Source: a virus
IMG/VR virus record: IMGVR_UViG_3300042934_000426
Location: 1 to 64,000 of that record
DNA: 64,000 bases
Strand: one strand, 5' to 3'
The notes beneath the pieces are model-generated. The model searched no databases. It saw only the letters and a program-made list of their open reading frames with translations, and was not told where the DNA came from. The translations under genes were made by a program, and so were the position numbers. This document shows positions 61,744 to 64,000 of this stretch, piece by piece. The stretch's first letter is position 1. Each line of letters opens with the position of its first letter.

Positions 61744-62498
61744 AGGTTTCGACGCTCCTTTATGACAATAGGTTTATAGCCTTTCGCCTTCAATTCGTCC
61801 TGAAGTCTTTTTGCGTTGTCTTCGTTTTCGTATGCCCCTACTTGAACAAGGAAAACGTACCCTTCCGAAGTGGGCTTTGTAGGTGAAGGTGTCGGCTTCG
61901 GAACGTAGGTCTTCCCAAAAATCTCACATATTGCCTTCGCCAGCTCCACCGCGCACTCACGACGGTACTCGTCCGATAGAAGCCTCTTCACGTCGTCTTG
62001 GTTGTCCATAAAGCCCAGCTCGACAAGAATCGAAACAGGCTTGACGTTCTTTATCATGTAAAGCCATGCCCCAGGTTTTAAACCTCTATCCTTCATTTTA
62101 GTTCCTTGCATAACGTGATGATGAACCACTTGCGCTACCTTTTTCGATAGAGCGGAAGTTTCATAGTAAAGCGTTTCGATACCGCCCGCCTTATCGTTTA
62201 AGATTCCGTCGAAGGCGTTGGCATGGATTTCTACGTGAAGGTGTGCCCCTGATTCATTCACACGCTTCGCACGGGTTTCTAGTGGTACATCTATCTTGTC
62301 GTGGTCAACATCTACATGCTTAATCCCACAACGCTTCAGTTCTTCAGCTAAGTAGTCTTGGACGGCTTCGTTGAACTCTTTTTCTTTCATACGCTGACCA
62401 TTTCGCTGTGGTAGTGGTGGCGTTTCTTTTCCGTTGGTATCGTATCCATGCCCCGCTGAAGACGATACGATTGGTTCAGACACCTGAATAAGTGCCAT
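61740..62498 (-). CDS. Endolysin: Amidase_3 N-acetylmuramoyl-L-alanine amidase plus SPOR domain
   Basis: SAGHG, E..FN, EIHANA, LVELGFMDN; C-terminal VQVGAY....NAKRL..ELKAKGY. Confidence 0.92.
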   Translation of the reverse strand: MALIQVSEPIVSSSAGHGYDTNGKETPPLPQRNGQRMKEKEFNEAVQDYLAEELKRCGIKHVDVDHDKIDVPLETRAKRVNESGAHLHVEIHANAFDGILNDKAGGIETLYYETSALSKKVAQVVHHHVMQGTKMKDRGLKPGAWLYMIKNVKPVSILVELGFMDNQDDVKRLLSDEYRRECAVELAKAICEIFGKTYVPKPTPSPTKPTSEGYVFLVQVGAYENEDNAKRLQDELKAKGYKPIVIKERRNL

Positions 62499-62511
62499 AT
62501 AGGTTGTCCCC

Positions 62512-62814
62512 CTATGCGATAATTTTCTTATGGATTTCACTTACTTTATCATTCGTATCTTTTGCCGTGTCGACACCCTTCCGAAGCGTTTCCATAATTT
62601 CCTTTTGGAATTCGATTTCCCGCTCGGCTTGCTTGGCAAAAACGTCTGACAAACTATTAAAAGCGTCCGTGTTCTTGTTCAGCGAATCGGTGCTGTTTGC
62701 CCATTGTGTCATCACTAGCCTAAAGGCTTGGTAGCCGAAGTAGATAACCGCAATCGCGATTCCTATGCCCCCCAGGTCTTTTGCTAGCTTGAACCACTCG
62801 AAATCAATCGTCAT
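62512..62814 (-). CDS. Holin (BhlA/XhlA-like)
   Basis: N-terminal TM plus coiled coil, directly upstream of the endolysin. Confidence 0.65.
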   Translation of the reverse strand: MTIDFEWFKLAKDLGGIGIAIAVIYFGYQAFRLVMTQWANSTDSLNKNTDAFNSLSDVFAKQAEREIEFQKEIMETLRKGVDTAKDTNDKVSEIHKKIIA

Positions 62815-62860
62815 ACCCCCTGACCCCTTCCTTCCAAAATTCCAGCCCTGATTACTTATT

Positions 62861-63370
62861 CTATTTTACCACCTGGTAACCATTTGAAATAGAGCTAACC
62901 TTCCGAAGGTTATAAACTTGGATAAGTTCATGAGGGTACACGTCCCCTACACCTATTTGTAGCAACCGCTTCACGCCTACTACGTAAAAAATGTAGTCGA
63001 CCACTTCGGAACAATACAATTTGTTTTTCTCTTCGATAAGCGTACGATTGGACTTCCACCAGCTTCGAAGTATTAAACCGACCATTTCTAGGTAGTCGTA
63101 AGCCTTTCCTTCCTGTGTGTAGGCTAGAAGCTCGATATGAAACTGTTGCTTACGGGTTAGCTCGGTGCGGTAGACTTCGAACACTTCCGAAGGCTGTATA
63201 CGTCGTATCTTCGTTTTTGTAAACCGCTGGGCTTCGAGCACAAGCGGTGTTCCGTCAATGTCTTCCCCTATGACTAAGGCTACATGGGTGTAAGATGACT
63301 TCGTGATGTAAGCAATAACCTTAGAAATAAGGGAACGTCCCTTGAAAAAAAGTACGTCCCCTGTTTTCAT
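62861..63370 (-). CDS. Permuted papain-like NlpC/P60 (YiiX/YebB) protein
   Basis: KTGDVLFF, YTHVAL, GKAYD, LYCSEVV. Confidence 0.85.
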   Translation of the reverse strand: MKTGDVLFFKGRSLISKVIAYITKSSYTHVALVIGEDIDGTPLVLEAQRFTKTKIRRIQPSEVFEVYRTELTRKQQFHIELLAYTQEGKAYDYLEMVGLILRSWWKSNRTLIEEKNKLYCSEVVDYIFYVVGVKRLLQIGVGDVYPHELIQVYNLRKVSSISNGYQVVK

Positions 63371-63383
63371 GCTCCTAGCTCCC

Positions 63384-64000
63384 TTACCAATTAATAGCGT
63401 CGACTTTGGCAAAACCGACTGAGGAAGTATCTGATATCAGTGTAACCGCCTGTTTAAGTTGGTCGTATTTGAATAGTTGAGCTTTCTTATGCGCTAATCC
63501 TTCGGAATGAATTTTTAGCCATTCTTCCCGTGTGTGCACGACATAACCAGCGTCTTCGGTTTTCCATGGAACATCGATAATCGAAGGGTCGCTAGTTAGC
63601 TCGTCTTTCTGACCAATAAAGTTAATTTGGTCATCCCGATTGGTTCGGTAGTGGTGACCATTTATCTTCGAAGTGAAGCCTTCTTCGATAGCCAGCTCAC
63701 ACAAGCGTTTTAAGCTGGCGATTTTGATAGCTTTTAAGTTCGCTAGACCTTCCGCTTGCACAATACCTTTATCATAGGTGAACTCAAGCACCCTTTTTTC
63801 AGCATTGATACGATACCCTGTGCATTTCGAGAACTCTTCGTCATAGGCTCCGTAGTCTAGCTCTAGCACGTCAAACGTTCCTTCTGGTTGTTTCGCTAGA
63901 ATCGAATAGGCTTCGATGTCTTGTTCAACGGTTGTTTCTATGACATCACCTTGCATTTTTCCTGTATCCAGGATGATACGCCCTGTGTCTTTCTCAAAAT
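63384..64000 (-). CDS. DUF4376-like tail fibre-associated protein (5'-truncated by the window edge)
   Basis: Frame stays open to the window end; KAIKIASL...AIEEGF...DDQIN...W..HT. Confidence 0.65.
   Translation of the reverse strand, partial: FEKDTGRIILDTGKMQGDVIETTVEQDIEAYSILAKQPEGTFDVLELDYGAYDEEFSKCTGYRINAEKRVLEFTYDKGIVQAEGLANLKAIKIASLKRLCELAIEEGFTSKINGHHYRTNRDDQINFIGQKDELTSDPSIIDVPWKTEDAGYVVHTREEWLKIHSEGLAHKKAQLFKYDQLKQAVTLISDTSSVGFAKVDAINW

Noticed and set aside
1468-62734. Numerous plus-strand ORFs in the six-frame track (for example 1482-1931, 8073-8513, 10242-10685, 15308-15799, 46813-47340)
   Set aside because: They are antisense shadows of well-supported minus-strand genes, without RBS or recognisable motifs.

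Overview
A 64-kb segment of a large Bacillaceae-infecting tailed phage or phage-like element; no integrase or attachment site is visible in the window. Almost all genes lie on the minus strand. In transcription order (right to left) they are: end of a tail module, lysis cassette (holins and amidase-SPOR endolysin), HU, a cluster of small early genes, then replication and nucleotide metabolism (SNF2 helicase, SSB-like protein, AEP-primase/MCM-like helicase fusion, small wHTH protein, family A DNA polymerase, orphan DNA MTase, thyA, DHFR, tmk, ruvC, class II nrdJ, dUTPase, Cas4-like nuclease). These are followed by a SigE/SigK-like sigma factor, a second early cluster built from repeated promoter-hairpin-RBS cassettes, the small and large terminase subunits, and a fibre/adsorption module. 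One 5.5-kb plus-strand island (22.5-27.9 kb) carries SigK-type promoters, a SASP, a SpoIIIAC-like membrane protein, a VirD4-like ATPase and a Replic_Relax protein; it is a candidate sporulation-coupled DNA-transfer ('spore-loading') system. The non-coding DNA is unusually rich. It contains (i) two ~190-bp loci 49.6 kb apart, each with a pair of 11-6-11 palindromic sites around an A/T tract, plus a fifth such site in operator position on the wHTH gene between primase-helicase and polymerase; (ii) a ~470-nt two-domain structured RNA candidate upstream of ssb; (iii) ~12 shufflable promoter cassettes; (iv) three RNase III-like hairpin elements; (v) tandem Spo0A and LexA boxes; and (vi) a window-wide excess of CTTC(N0-1)GAAG. 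All product calls come from motif recognition by eye, not database searches.
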